DNA from: an uncultured archaeon
GTDB lineage: Archaea; Iainarchaeota; Iainarchaeia; Iainarchaeales; Iainarchaeaceae
DNA length: 32,000 nt
NCBI GenBank assembly: GCA_964577555.1
Contig: CAZNZM010000010.1
Span: forward strand, 1 to 32,000
Direction of reading: 5' to 3'
This document shows, in pieces, positions 19,062 to 26,890 of the stretch. Position numbers and translations under genes: made by a program. Position 1 is the stretch's first letter. Every line of letters begins with the position of its first letter. The notes under the pieces are model-generated. The model saw only the letters and a list, made by a program, of their open reading frames with translations. It was not told the DNA's origin and ran no database searches.

Positions 19062-19334
19062 GTGGGCTAGTTCGGAGAGGTAGCGGCTCTCTGTTGCCGG
19101 CAACCCGCTTCAGCCGGGAACGAAGCCACTGAAGAGGCATTAACCATATATTGATGCCTTGCCAGTACTGTGAACTTCTGCTCTTAAAGACTGGCTGTTT
19201 GGGCCAACCCCGCTAGGCCTGGAAGGGAGCAACGGTAACTCATTCAGTCGGTGCTTTAAGGTAAACGGAAGCGAGGAGAGGTTAAGGGTAAACGTCTTTA
19301 TGTGGTTGCTGTCCATTTGGTGGCGCGCCCACAC
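19062..19334 (+). ncRNA. signal recognition particle RNA (archaeal 7S-type)
   Basis: Helix-8 signature CCCCGCUAGGCCUGGAAGGGAGCAACGGUA (compare the conserved AGGCCCGGAAGGGAGCAACGG). The 5' GUGGGC pairs with the 3' GCCCAC to close the molecule. GC content is much higher than the surroundings. ORFs 19140..19367 and 19300..19539 overlap it and are spurious. Confidence 0.88.
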
Positions 19335-19380
19335 TCTTGCAAAAATTATAAAAAAAATACATTTCATTTATACATTTCAT

Positions 19381-20110
19381 TTTTTTTTACTTGGTTTTTT
19401 TTGTAAGTTTTTTTTGTCTTGTTTTTTCGAGCCGTTTTTTGTCATTTTTTTGAATTCTTTTTTTTTTAATTATTTTTTTTTGCAAGTCATTTTTTTTTCA
19501 GTTGTTTTTTTTTGTGAATTTTTTTTTATTTTGTTTTAATTGTTTTGTTTTTGTTTTGGCTGGTTGTTTTTTTTTGTTTCTTTTTTTTGAGTTGTTTTTT
19601 TTAGATGTTTTTTTTTCGAGCCGTTTTTTGTCATTTTTTTGAATTCTTTTTTTTGCGAGCCAATTTTTTTTGTTTTGTTAGTCAAGTTTTGTTTTTTTTA
19701 CGAGTCTTTTTTTGATAATTTTTTTTATTTTTTGATACTTGTTTTTTTTGGTGAGCCACTTTTTTGCCATTTTTCTTTTTTTTGAATTCTTTTTTTTGCG
19801 AGCCAATTTTTTTTGTGAATTTGTTTTTTTTTATTTTGTTTTAATTATTTTTTTGTTTTTTTGAGGTTTGTTTTTTTGTCGGCTATTTTTTTTATTTTTT
19901 TTGCTTATTTTCAAGTCAATTTATTTTTTTTAATTGTTTTTTTTGGCAAGCCATTTTTCGTTTTTTTGCTTGGCCAAGTTTTTTTGTCTTGTTTTTGCGA
20001 GACAATTTTTTTTGTCATTTTTTTTGAATTTTATTTATTTTTTTATGATTTGAATTTTATTTTTTTCTTCGGTATTGTTTTTTTATTTTTCCAGACAATT
20101 TGCGTGATTT
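19381..20110 (+). repeat. T-tract / GC-island repeat array, locus C (largest motif density, internally duplicated)
   Basis: GAGCC[AG] at 19429, 19618, 19657, 19753, 19800. GAATTC at 19452, 19641, 19784. GCAAGTCA 19482, GCAAGCCA 19946, GCGAGACA 19997. Lies between the SRP RNA 3' end and the 3' end of minus-strand CDS 20057..20518, which it overlaps. Confidence 0.88.
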
Positions 20111-20518
20111 ATTTTGCTTTTTTATGACATTTTTTTCTTTTCTTTTTTTGCTTGTTTTTTTGCCTTTATTTTTTTCACTCTTTCCAACAACCCTGTTTTT
20201 CGGTTTTTTCCACGCTTCAAGCGCAGCATCAATTTTTTTTCTTTGTTCGTTTCTTCTTTTTTCTCTTTCATCAAGCTTTGCGATCAACGAATTATATTTT
20301 CTGTGAACTTCTTCGCTGTGTTTTAATGCATTTTTTAAAGAAAGCTCCAAATGCCTTTCTTCCCTCTCTTTATGCAAACCATGAAAAACCCTGTGTAAAA
20401 AACCCAAAGCAACAGAATTATCCGCTTTTGTCTTTCTATATTTGGCTCTTTCTGAATGATGTTTGCTTAAACTTAAATATTTCCTAAATTTAATATAATG
20501 CTTTTCGTGTTTTTCCAT
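20057..20518 (-). CDS. hypothetical basic coiled-coil protein with Lys-rich C-terminal tail
   Basis: 153-aa ORF. The N-terminal two thirds have normal composition with H/K/R/E-rich helices. The last ~50 aa (KKPKNRVVGKSEKNKGKKTSKKRKEKNVIKKQNKSRKLSGKIKKQYRRKK) are encoded by the edge of repeat array C. Confidence 0.5.
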   Translation of the reverse strand: MEKHEKHYIKFRKYLSLSKHHSERAKYRKTKADNSVALGFLHRVFHGLHKEREERHLELSLKNALKHSEEVHRKYNSLIAKLDEREKRRNEQRKKIDAALEAWKKPKNRVVGKSEKNKGKKTSKKRKEKNVIKKQNKSRKLSGKIKKQYRRKK

Positions 20519-20547
20519 ATGTGTATAAGCAATACATTTAGTGTTAT

Positions 20548-21558
20548 TTAATTCTTTTCAACTTTGTTTTTAAGGCTTTTTTGCACAGCTTCAATTATAA
20601 ATTTTATGATGGCGGCATAAACCCCTGCAATATTTGCGGCAATAACATTAAAGTAAATTGCAAGAGTGGTTGCCACGCCAAAAGCAACCAGAACAGAATA
20701 AAAATTAGTTATAAGCTCTATTTCTTTTGACGATTTTTTAATAGTGTCATAATTTATTTTTTGTCTGATTTCATTATTGCTTTTACTCAATTCTTCCGCA
20801 ATTTTTTTCTTTGTTTCAGGATTGTCAATTGAAGAGGCAGTGGCATCAATCATTGCAACGAAAGCCTTTACATCAGGATCATTTTTTTGTCTTAGATTAT
20901 TGAACTGTTCTGTATTCATTATTCCAACCATCAACATTCTCTGTATGTTTAACGCTTGATCAGCTCCCGCTAAAGCCAAGTCTTTTGAGCCAAGCATGTT
21001 CGAAGCTGTTTTTTCAACAAGCCCGTCAAATAATTCTTTTGTATATTTTTCATTGTTAGGAAAACCAATCAATGTTAATATTAGAAAAATCCCTATTGTA
21101 AATACTAAAAATCCTTTTTTTGCTGATTCGGTTCCAGTTCTAAAACCAATTAAGTTTTTTATTTCGGATTTTCTAAAATAACTATAACCACCAGTAATTG
21201 CAATTGCGGGGATGATCAGAAAGGACAAAAAAACGGATTTTAATTCAATTCCAAACAATAATAAGTAAACCAGCCAACCAATAAATGCCCCTAAACAGGC
21301 GCCTACAAGCACGTCTATTTTGTCTTGGCTGTGGCTTAATCCTGAAACAAGTCCAAACGTGATTGGCATGAAGAAAGTAAATGCAATTATCCAAGGAGAT
21401 AAAACTGTTTCAGGCAGTTTTTCCAAAGACTTGAAGCTCAACCAGTCTATTTCCATTACCCCTGAAAAACTCAAAAAAATAGACCATATTATAATTGAAA
21501 ATGAAATTGCTCCAGTAAAGATTAATATTTTTTTAATATCAGCCATGATTTCACTCAA
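20548..21558 (-). CDS. hypothetical polytopic membrane protein
   Basis: 336 aa with ~6 N-terminal TM helices, a soluble helical segment, and C-terminal TM helices. No motif recognised. Confidence 0.55.
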   Translation of the reverse strand: MSEIMADIKKILIFTGAISFSIIIWSIFLSFSGVMEIDWLSFKSLEKLPETVLSPWIIAFTFFMPITFGLVSGLSHSQDKIDVLVGACLGAFIGWLVYLLLFGIELKSVFLSFLIIPAIAITGGYSYFRKSEIKNLIGFRTGTESAKKGFLVFTIGIFLILTLIGFPNNEKYTKELFDGLVEKTASNMLGSKDLALAGADQALNIQRMLMVGIMNTEQFNNLRQKNDPDVKAFVAMIDATASSIDNPETKKKIAEELSKSNNEIRQKINYDTIKKSSKEIELITNFYSVLVAFGVATTLAIYFNVIAANIAGVYAAIIKFIIEAVQKSLKNKVEKN

Positions 21559-21677
21559 AACAATGTCTGATATTTTATTTAAATTTTTTACCTTTAAATT
21601 AGGATTCTGGAACCAAGCTTTTTAGAGAGTTTTATAAATCTATGGAAAACCATATTATTAATCATATTTTGATTTGA

Positions 21678-21750
21678 GCCGAGGTAGCTCAGCAGGTGGA
21701 GCGTCCGGCTGTTAACCGGAAGGTCGGTGGTTCAAATCCACCCTTCGGCG
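21678..21750 (+). tRNA. tRNA-Asn (anticodon GUU), no encoded CCA
   Basis: Hand fold: acceptor GCCGAGG/CUUCGGC, D stem GCUC/GAGC with a GG-containing loop, anticodon stem UCCGG/CCGGA with loop CUGUUAA, T arm GGUGG-UUCAAAU-CCACC. A T6 run follows immediately. Confidence 0.9.
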
Positions 21751-22506
21751 CTTTTTTATTTGTTTCTGAATCCAATTTTTTTGTCTTTTGGCTTGGTTAT
21801 TCTTGGAGCCTGTTTATTTTATTTTTTTTTTGATTTTTTTGTTTTTTTTGTTTTTTTTGTCAAGTTGTTTTTTTTTATTTTTTTTATTTTGGTTTTGTTT
21901 TTTTTGTGAGCCATTTTTTTTGTGGTTTTTTTTGGTTTTTTTTGTGGGATGATTTTTTTTGTCATTATTTTTTTTTGTTTTTTTTGTGAGCCAATTTTGT
22001 TTTTTTTTGTTTTTTTTGTCAAGTTGTTTTTTTTTAGACTTTTTTTTTATTTTTTTTTAATTATTTTTTTTAAATTGATTTTGTTTTTTTTTGTTTTATT
22101 TTATCATTTTTTTTGAATTATTTTTTTTCTTGGTTTTTTTGTTTTTTTTGGTATTGCTAGCCATTTTTTTGTCATTATTTTTTGTGAGCCATTTTTTGTT
22201 ATTTTTTTTGTGATTTTATTTTTTTTATTTAAATTGTTTTGTCTTTTTTTGTGGCTTGTTTTTTTGATTTTTGTTTTTTTTGGCGAGCCGTTTTTTTTGT
22301 GGGGCAATTTTTTTTGTTATTTTTTTTGTGGACTTGTTTTATTTTTTTGTTTTTGTTGGCTTGTTTTTTTGGAGAATTTTTTTGGCAAGCCGTTTCGGAC
22401 TTATTTTTTTTGCTTTGTTTTTTGCTTGTATTTTTTTCAGCATTTTTTTGAATTTGTTTGTTTTTCATTTTTTTGTTTGGCCTTTTTTTATGGTTATTTT
22501 TTAATT
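21751..22506 (+). repeat. T-tract / GC-island repeat array, locus D
   Basis: GAGCC[AG] at 21908, 21988, 22186, 22285. GCTAGCCA 22156, GCAAGCCG 22385. GTCAAGTTGTTTTTTTTT occurs twice (21858, 22018). GTCATTATTTTTT occurs twice (21961, 22171). Spans from the tRNA-Asn 3' end to the stop codon of minus-strand CDS 22507..23337. Confidence 0.88.
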
Positions 22507-23337
22507 TTATAAGGTGTCAGAATGCAGTTTTTGTTCTTTGGCTGGCTGCTTATCTGCTTGATGACTTTTGTGTTCTTTTATTTTTTTAAGAGTCTCATAA
22601 TATGCGCCTATAACGTCTTTGAGTTCCATTCTTCTTTTCAAGCCCAGCCTATGAACTTCTTGAAAATACACTGTTACGAGTCTTATTGCAACTTCTTCAT
22701 CGCTTAGGTTCATCCAGTTTTCCTCCATCATTTTTTTACTAATCATACTTTCTAATTTGTTTTTTTCATTATTTTCTGCTTCGTTTGTTTGTTCAGTTTT
22801 TTTTGTTTCAGGTTCACTAATAATTTCTTCCGTGTCTTTTTCTTCTATTTTGATTGGGATTTTTTTTATTATTGTTCTGGTTTTTACTACTGGGACTTTT
22901 TTTACGATTGTTTTCGTTTTTATAACTGGGACTTTTTTTATTATTGTTCTCACGATTGTTTTTGGTTTAGCTTTCACTTTTTTTATGATTGGCTTGCCTT
23001 TTTTGTATGAAGTCCACAATCTTACTGCTTGTTTGAATGTTTTGCCAGCAATTAATTGCCTTTTCATGAATAAGTTGTACTCTGAAAGTTGCTTCTTTGA
23101 TTTTTTCTTTGAAAGCTTTTCCAGATTTTCTTTTAATTTTTCCATTTCTTTTTTAAGAGAAGCCGTTTTTGCAGTAACAGACTTGACTTTTTTTTCAGCC
23201 TTCTTTTTGACAGCAAAAATTGATTTTTTAAGAGCTTTTGCCTTTTTGCTTTCAGATTTAAGGGTTTTTTTAAGTTTTTTTAATTCTTTTCTGACTTTTT
23301 TTCCAGGGTTTTTTGATTTAGAAACCATTGTTTTCAC
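22507..23337 (-). CDS. Lys-rich hypothetical protein (candidate nucleoid/chromatin-associated)
   Basis: 276 aa. K-rich coiled-coil N-terminus, the segment LSEYNLFMKRQLIAGKTFKQAVRLWTSYKK resembling the first helices of HMG-box/YABBY domains, three 12-aa tandem repeats (TIIKKVPVIKTK / TIVKKVPVVKTR / TIIKKIPIKIEE), an acidic linker and a globular C-terminus. TATA-like TTTAAATA ~25-32 nt upstream. Confidence 0.6.
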   Translation of the reverse strand: MKTMVSKSKNPGKKVRKELKKLKKTLKSESKKAKALKKSIFAVKKKAEKKVKSVTAKTASLKKEMEKLKENLEKLSKKKSKKQLSEYNLFMKRQLIAGKTFKQAVRLWTSYKKGKPIIKKVKAKPKTIVRTIIKKVPVIKTKTIVKKVPVVKTRTIIKKIPIKIEEKDTEEIISEPETKKTEQTNEAENNEKNKLESMISKKMMEENWMNLSDEEVAIRLVTVYFQEVHRLGLKRRMELKDVIGAYYETLKKIKEHKSHQADKQPAKEQKLHSDTL

Positions 23338-23406
23338 TTAATAACTATTGTTGGTTAAAGTATTTAAATGTGTTGTAAACCTTGTATTTTTATTTTTTCT
23401 TATTTT

Positions 23407-23712
23407 TTAGACCAAACCTTTGAACATTTTGAAGAATTTTTGTTTGGTGACTTTTAATTCTTTTTGTCCTTTATTGGTTAAGCTGTAAATAATCATTTTG
23501 CCTTGCATAGTCTCCTTTATAAGCCCAGCTTCATAAAGGCTTTTCAATGCAGGGTATATTGTGCCAGGGCTTGGAAGTGAGCCTTTTCTTTCAGCAAGTT
23601 CTTTTGCAATTTTTTGCCCATGCATTGGTTTTTTGGAAACAATATAAAGAATCAAAAAAGACAACAAGCCTCTCATGTCACAACAACAATTATTTTTATC
23701 TTTGCATTTCAT
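23407..23712 (-). CDS. PadR-family winged-helix transcriptional regulator
   Basis: MRGLLSFLILYIVSKKPMHGQKIAKELAERKGSLPSPGTIYPALKSLYEAGLI matches the PadR wHTH pattern. Cys-rich N-terminal tag (NNCCCD). Confidence 0.85.
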   Translation of the reverse strand: MKCKDKNNCCCDMRGLLSFLILYIVSKKPMHGQKIAKELAERKGSLPSPGTIYPALKSLYEAGLIKETMQGKMIIYSLTNKGQKELKVTKQKFFKMFKGLV

Positions 23713-23764
23713 AAAATTATATTGGTTATACGATAATATTTTAATAAATTTACATAATTTTAAT

Positions 23765-23778
23765 ATCGTATATACGAT
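23765..23778. promoter_or_regulatory. perfect 14-bp palindrome, candidate PadR operator in the divergent promoter region
   Basis: ATCGTATATACGAT is its own reverse complement and lies 25-38 nt upstream of the nitroreductase ATG (23803). A related half-site ATACGATA is at 23728-23735, nearer the padR start. Confidence 0.5.
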
Positions 23779-23802
23779 TTATTTTTTTGATTGGTGATTC
23801 TC

Positions 23803-24414
23803 ATGGATTTTAAAGAAATAGTGCTGAAAAGATACGCAACAAAAAGTTTTGATGGAAGAATAATTCCTGAAGAAAAATTCAAGGAGTTGGAAGAAATCAT
23901 AAGATATTCGGCTTCTTCATATAACCTTCAACCTTGGAAATTTGTTATTGTCAAGGATAAAGAAACAAAGGAAAAACTTTTGCCTTTTGCCTGGAATCAG
24001 CCGCAAATAACAACTTGCTCCCACTTAATCGTTATGTGTGCAGATACTGATCTTGAAAGCAAGGTAAAAAAACTTGAAGAAAAACTTGTTGAATCCGGAG
24101 TTCCAAAAGAAAAAATAGACAGCCTTATAGAAATGATCTCAGGTTTTGTAAAAAGCATGTCTAAATCACAAAGGTTGGTTTGGGCTCAAAAACAAGTTTA
24201 TATAGCGTTATCAAATGCAATTAATGGTGCAAAAGAGCTTGGCTTTGATTCGTGTCCAATGGAAGGTTTTATTCCCAAGGATTTTGCCAAGATACTTAAA
24301 TTGCCAAAGCACATAGTCCCAACTGTTGTTGTGCCAGTTGGTTATGCAAACGATACGCCAAGGCCGAAAACAAGATTTTCCAGAGACGAAGTTTTTCAAG
24401 ATTACAAATCTTAG
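23803..24414 (+). CDS. NfsB-like oxygen-insensitive NAD(P)H nitroreductase family protein
   Basis: LKRYATKSFD and SASSYNLQPWKFVIV match the nitroreductase-family N-terminal motifs, and the length (~200 aa) is typical. ATG 23803 is preferred over the track's TTG at 23791. Confidence 0.85.
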   Translation: MDFKEIVLKRYATKSFDGRIIPEEKFKELEEIIRYSASSYNLQPWKFVIVKDKETKEKLLPFAWNQPQITTCSHLIVMCADTDLESKVKKLEEKLVESGVPKEKIDSLIEMISGFVKSMSKSQRLVWAQKQVYIALSNAINGAKELGFDSCPMEGFIPKDFAKILKLPKHIVPTVVVPVGYANDTPRPKTRFSRDEVFQDYKS

Positions 24415-24505
24415 TTTTTTTAAATAGGTATTCAACCAGTTTGTTGATAATTTTTAAACGTTCAAAATATTAATTTTCAAAATCAAATAATATTTTGGGG
24501 GTTTT

Positions 24506-25012
24506 TTGGATAGAGATATAGATATAATTTACAATTTATATCGCTGCCTTATACCTGAATTTACCAAGAGTCATGCTTTAATTTATCGCTTGCTTTGGCG
24601 GATTGAACCTTTAAGCGGTGATAAAATTTCAAAGGAAACAGGCATTTGCAGGGCAAAAACTTTTGCAATTCTCAAGCAATTAGTGATTCTCGGTTTGGTG
24701 AAAAAAACAAGTTTCAAGCCGATTGGTTACTTTGCAAGAGACCCTGTAGGTGCCTATTCTTCTTTGCTAAAAAAAGTCTTGCCTAAACTTGAAGCAGGAA
24801 AAACAAAGATCAAAGAACTTGTACAGAATTCTTCCAGCCTTAGCGGAGAAGTTTATTTAATAAAACTTGATGGCGGGCAACAAACAATAATAAGTAAAGA
24901 AACCCGTGAATCTATCACTGATAGAAAAGCTTTGGAAGAAATCAGGGCTGCTATTGATAGAAAAATATTTGGCTCAAACCCGCGCGAAAAGAAATGGGTT
25001 ATTTACAGGTAA
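24506..25012 (+). CDS. winged-helix (TrmB/MarR-like) transcriptional regulator, hypothetical
   Basis: wHTH-like HALIYRLLWRIEPLSGDKISKETGICRAKTFAILKQLVILGLVKK. Apparent TTG start preceded by a GGGGG SD-like run. Convergent with the VirB4-like gene. Confidence 0.55.
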   Translation: MDRDIDIIYNLYRCLIPEFTKSHALIYRLLWRIEPLSGDKISKETGICRAKTFAILKQLVILGLVKKTSFKPIGYFARDPVGAYSSLLKKVLPKLEAGKTKIKELVQNSSSLSGEVYLIKLDGGQQTIISKETRESITDRKALEEIRAAIDRKIFGSNPREKKWVIYR

Positions 25013-25181
25013 TCTTGATTTTTTTTGTTTAGCCGAGTTTTTTTGAATCATTTTTGTTTCTTCCGCGTGTTTTTTTTACATGTTTTTGTGATTGTTTTTT
25101 TGTAAGTTGTTTTCTTATTTTGTAATTTGCGAGCCAAGTTTTTTGGACACTTATTTTTTTATTAGTTATAATAATTTTTTT
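25013..25181 (+). repeat. T-tract / GC-island repeat array, locus E (short, degenerate)
   Basis: T6-T8 runs with GCGAGCCA at 25129-25136. Fills the gap between convergent CDS 24506..25012 and the stop of the VirB4-like gene (25182). Confidence 0.65.
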
Positions 25182-26882
25182 TCAGCTTGGCTTCGTATTT
25201 ACTAAGTTAAGTTCTTTTTCCGAGGCTATTACATTTAATGGAATATGGTCATTCATTGCGATGAGTATTCCTTCTCCTGGTTGGGCATTGAGCAGAATGT
25301 TTTGTTCCGAAGGATTGAGCATAAATTTTTCAGCTATTTGGTCAATTGCCCCGGCTTCTTGGCGTCCGAAAAATTTCCACGCGGTGTTTGAGATTATTGT
25401 ATTTCCTGCATTTGTTGATAAAAGGTCTTGCGCTTCTTGTGTTATAATAATTATTCCCATATTGAATTTTCTTGAAGTTTTTACTAGTTCAAAAATGCGA
25501 TTTGCATGTTCCGCATATTTTAGCAAAGACCATGCTTCGTCAACAACAAGAATTTTTTTTCCTTTTTCAGAGCGCATTTTTCCATGGATATACTCCATAA
25601 TGAGAAACATTATTGCTGGTTTAAGCGCTTCGGGCATTTCAGATATGTTAAAACAGACTATTTTTTTATCAGAGAATTGTGCAGTGTGTTTGTCCATAAA
25701 AGAAAAAGAGCCATTGACAAAAATATTAAGCCTGCTTTCAAGTATTGAAAACGTACGTTTTTCATATTTTGCGGCTTTCTTCAATTCTTTTGATATTTCA
25801 AAAAATAGATCGCTTATTAAAGGCGGTTGTCTTTTCCAACTTTCAGGGTTATTGTGAAAAATTCCTTTGTCACTATAAATTTTTTGTATGGCTTTGTCGA
25901 GAATTGATTTTTGTTCTTCGTTCAAATTTCCTAAAAGTATTCCGAAAAAATCTATTAATGAAAGAACCTTTTCGCCAAAGTCGATTCCGGCCATATCAAA
26001 AGGATTTATTGCCTTTCCGCTTTTTGCACTTATTTCAACTACTTCCCCACCATATTTTGAAGTCAGTGCAGAGTATTCGCCTTGCGGATCAATTATTATT
26101 ACTTTGATTCCGATAAATTGGCTTCTTAATATTAAAAGCTTTGCCAATACGCTTTTTCCCCCTCCTGAAGTTCCAAGAATAAGTCCATTATAATTGGCTA
26201 AACTGAATGGGTTTATTATTATGGGAATTTTATTAATCGAGTTTGAGCCGAATAAAATGCCTTCCTCGTCAATATTCAAAAAAGAAGTCGTAAAAGGAAA
26301 GCAGGCAGCCAATGCTGAAGAAGTTATATTTCTGTTGATTTTTAGCAAATCTTTTTGTATTGGAAGGCACGATTTTACAGCTTCATACATTCTCATAAAC
26401 GGTATTTTTGGCACTATCATTATTGAATTCATTTCAGCGCATACTTTTTTTGATGCTATTTCAAGCGATTCCTTGTCATTCGCACGACAATTTACATATA
26501 ATGACATGTTGAACAGTTTTTCCTCGCCTTTTTGCAGCATTTCCAAAACATTCATTGTATCTGCACGCTGTATTCTAAGAGAAGGGTTTACAATTCCTTT
26601 TATTTCAGCAGCGGCAAGATCCGATTCTTGTTTCACAAGTTCTGCATTCAGGCTTGTAAGAACCGAATCAATTTCCATTGGCGCACAATGAATGCTTATG
26701 TCGAAATTGCCTTCACTTGAAACTATTGTATCAAGCCAGCCTTCTTTTATTTCTCTCGGATAACCTACTGCCATGACCGGTCTGTTAAATTCATTTCCTA
26801 AAACCATCCAACCAGGTTCGTTTTTTAGATATGAATGTGTAAAAAGACTTTTTATGTTCTCCATATAAATCACTGATTGCAT
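25182..26882 (-). CDS. VirB4/TrbE-family type IV secretion ATPase (middle and C-terminal ATPase portion)
   Basis: Walker A GTSGGGKSVLAK, Walker B ILVVDEAWSLL, IIITQEAQDL, and the upstream AVGYPREIKEGWL block typical of VirB4 middle domains. There is no SD before ATG 26882. Confidence 0.85.
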   Translation of the reverse strand: MQSVIYMENIKSLFTHSYLKNEPGWMVLGNEFNRPVMAVGYPREIKEGWLDTIVSSEGNFDISIHCAPMEIDSVLTSLNAELVKQESDLAAAEIKGIVNPSLRIQRADTMNVLEMLQKGEEKLFNMSLYVNCRANDKESLEIASKKVCAEMNSIMIVPKIPFMRMYEAVKSCLPIQKDLLKINRNITSSALAACFPFTTSFLNIDEEGILFGSNSINKIPIIINPFSLANYNGLILGTSGGGKSVLAKLLILRSQFIGIKVIIIDPQGEYSALTSKYGGEVVEISAKSGKAINPFDMAGIDFGEKVLSLIDFFGILLGNLNEEQKSILDKAIQKIYSDKGIFHNNPESWKRQPPLISDLFFEISKELKKAAKYEKRTFSILESRLNIFVNGSFSFMDKHTAQFSDKKIVCFNISEMPEALKPAIMFLIMEYIHGKMRSEKGKKILVVDEAWSLLKYAEHANRIFELVKTSRKFNMGIIIITQEAQDLLSTNAGNTIISNTAWKFFGRQEAGAIDQIAEKFMLNPSEQNILLNAQPGEGILIAMNDHIPLNVIASEKELNLVNTKPS

Positions 26883-26890
26883 CCAATTTT

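Noticed and set aside
19140-19367. ORF 19140..19367 (-) and ORF 19300..19539 (+)
   Set aside because: Both overlap the SRP RNA gene, which has clear conserved helix-8 sequence and terminal pairing. These ORFs are spurious.
19381-22506. CRISPR array interpretation of the repeat loci
   Set aside because: There is no constant-length direct repeat alternating with unique spacers. Islands are 4-9 nt, the intervening sequence is homopolymeric T, and no cas genes are in the window.
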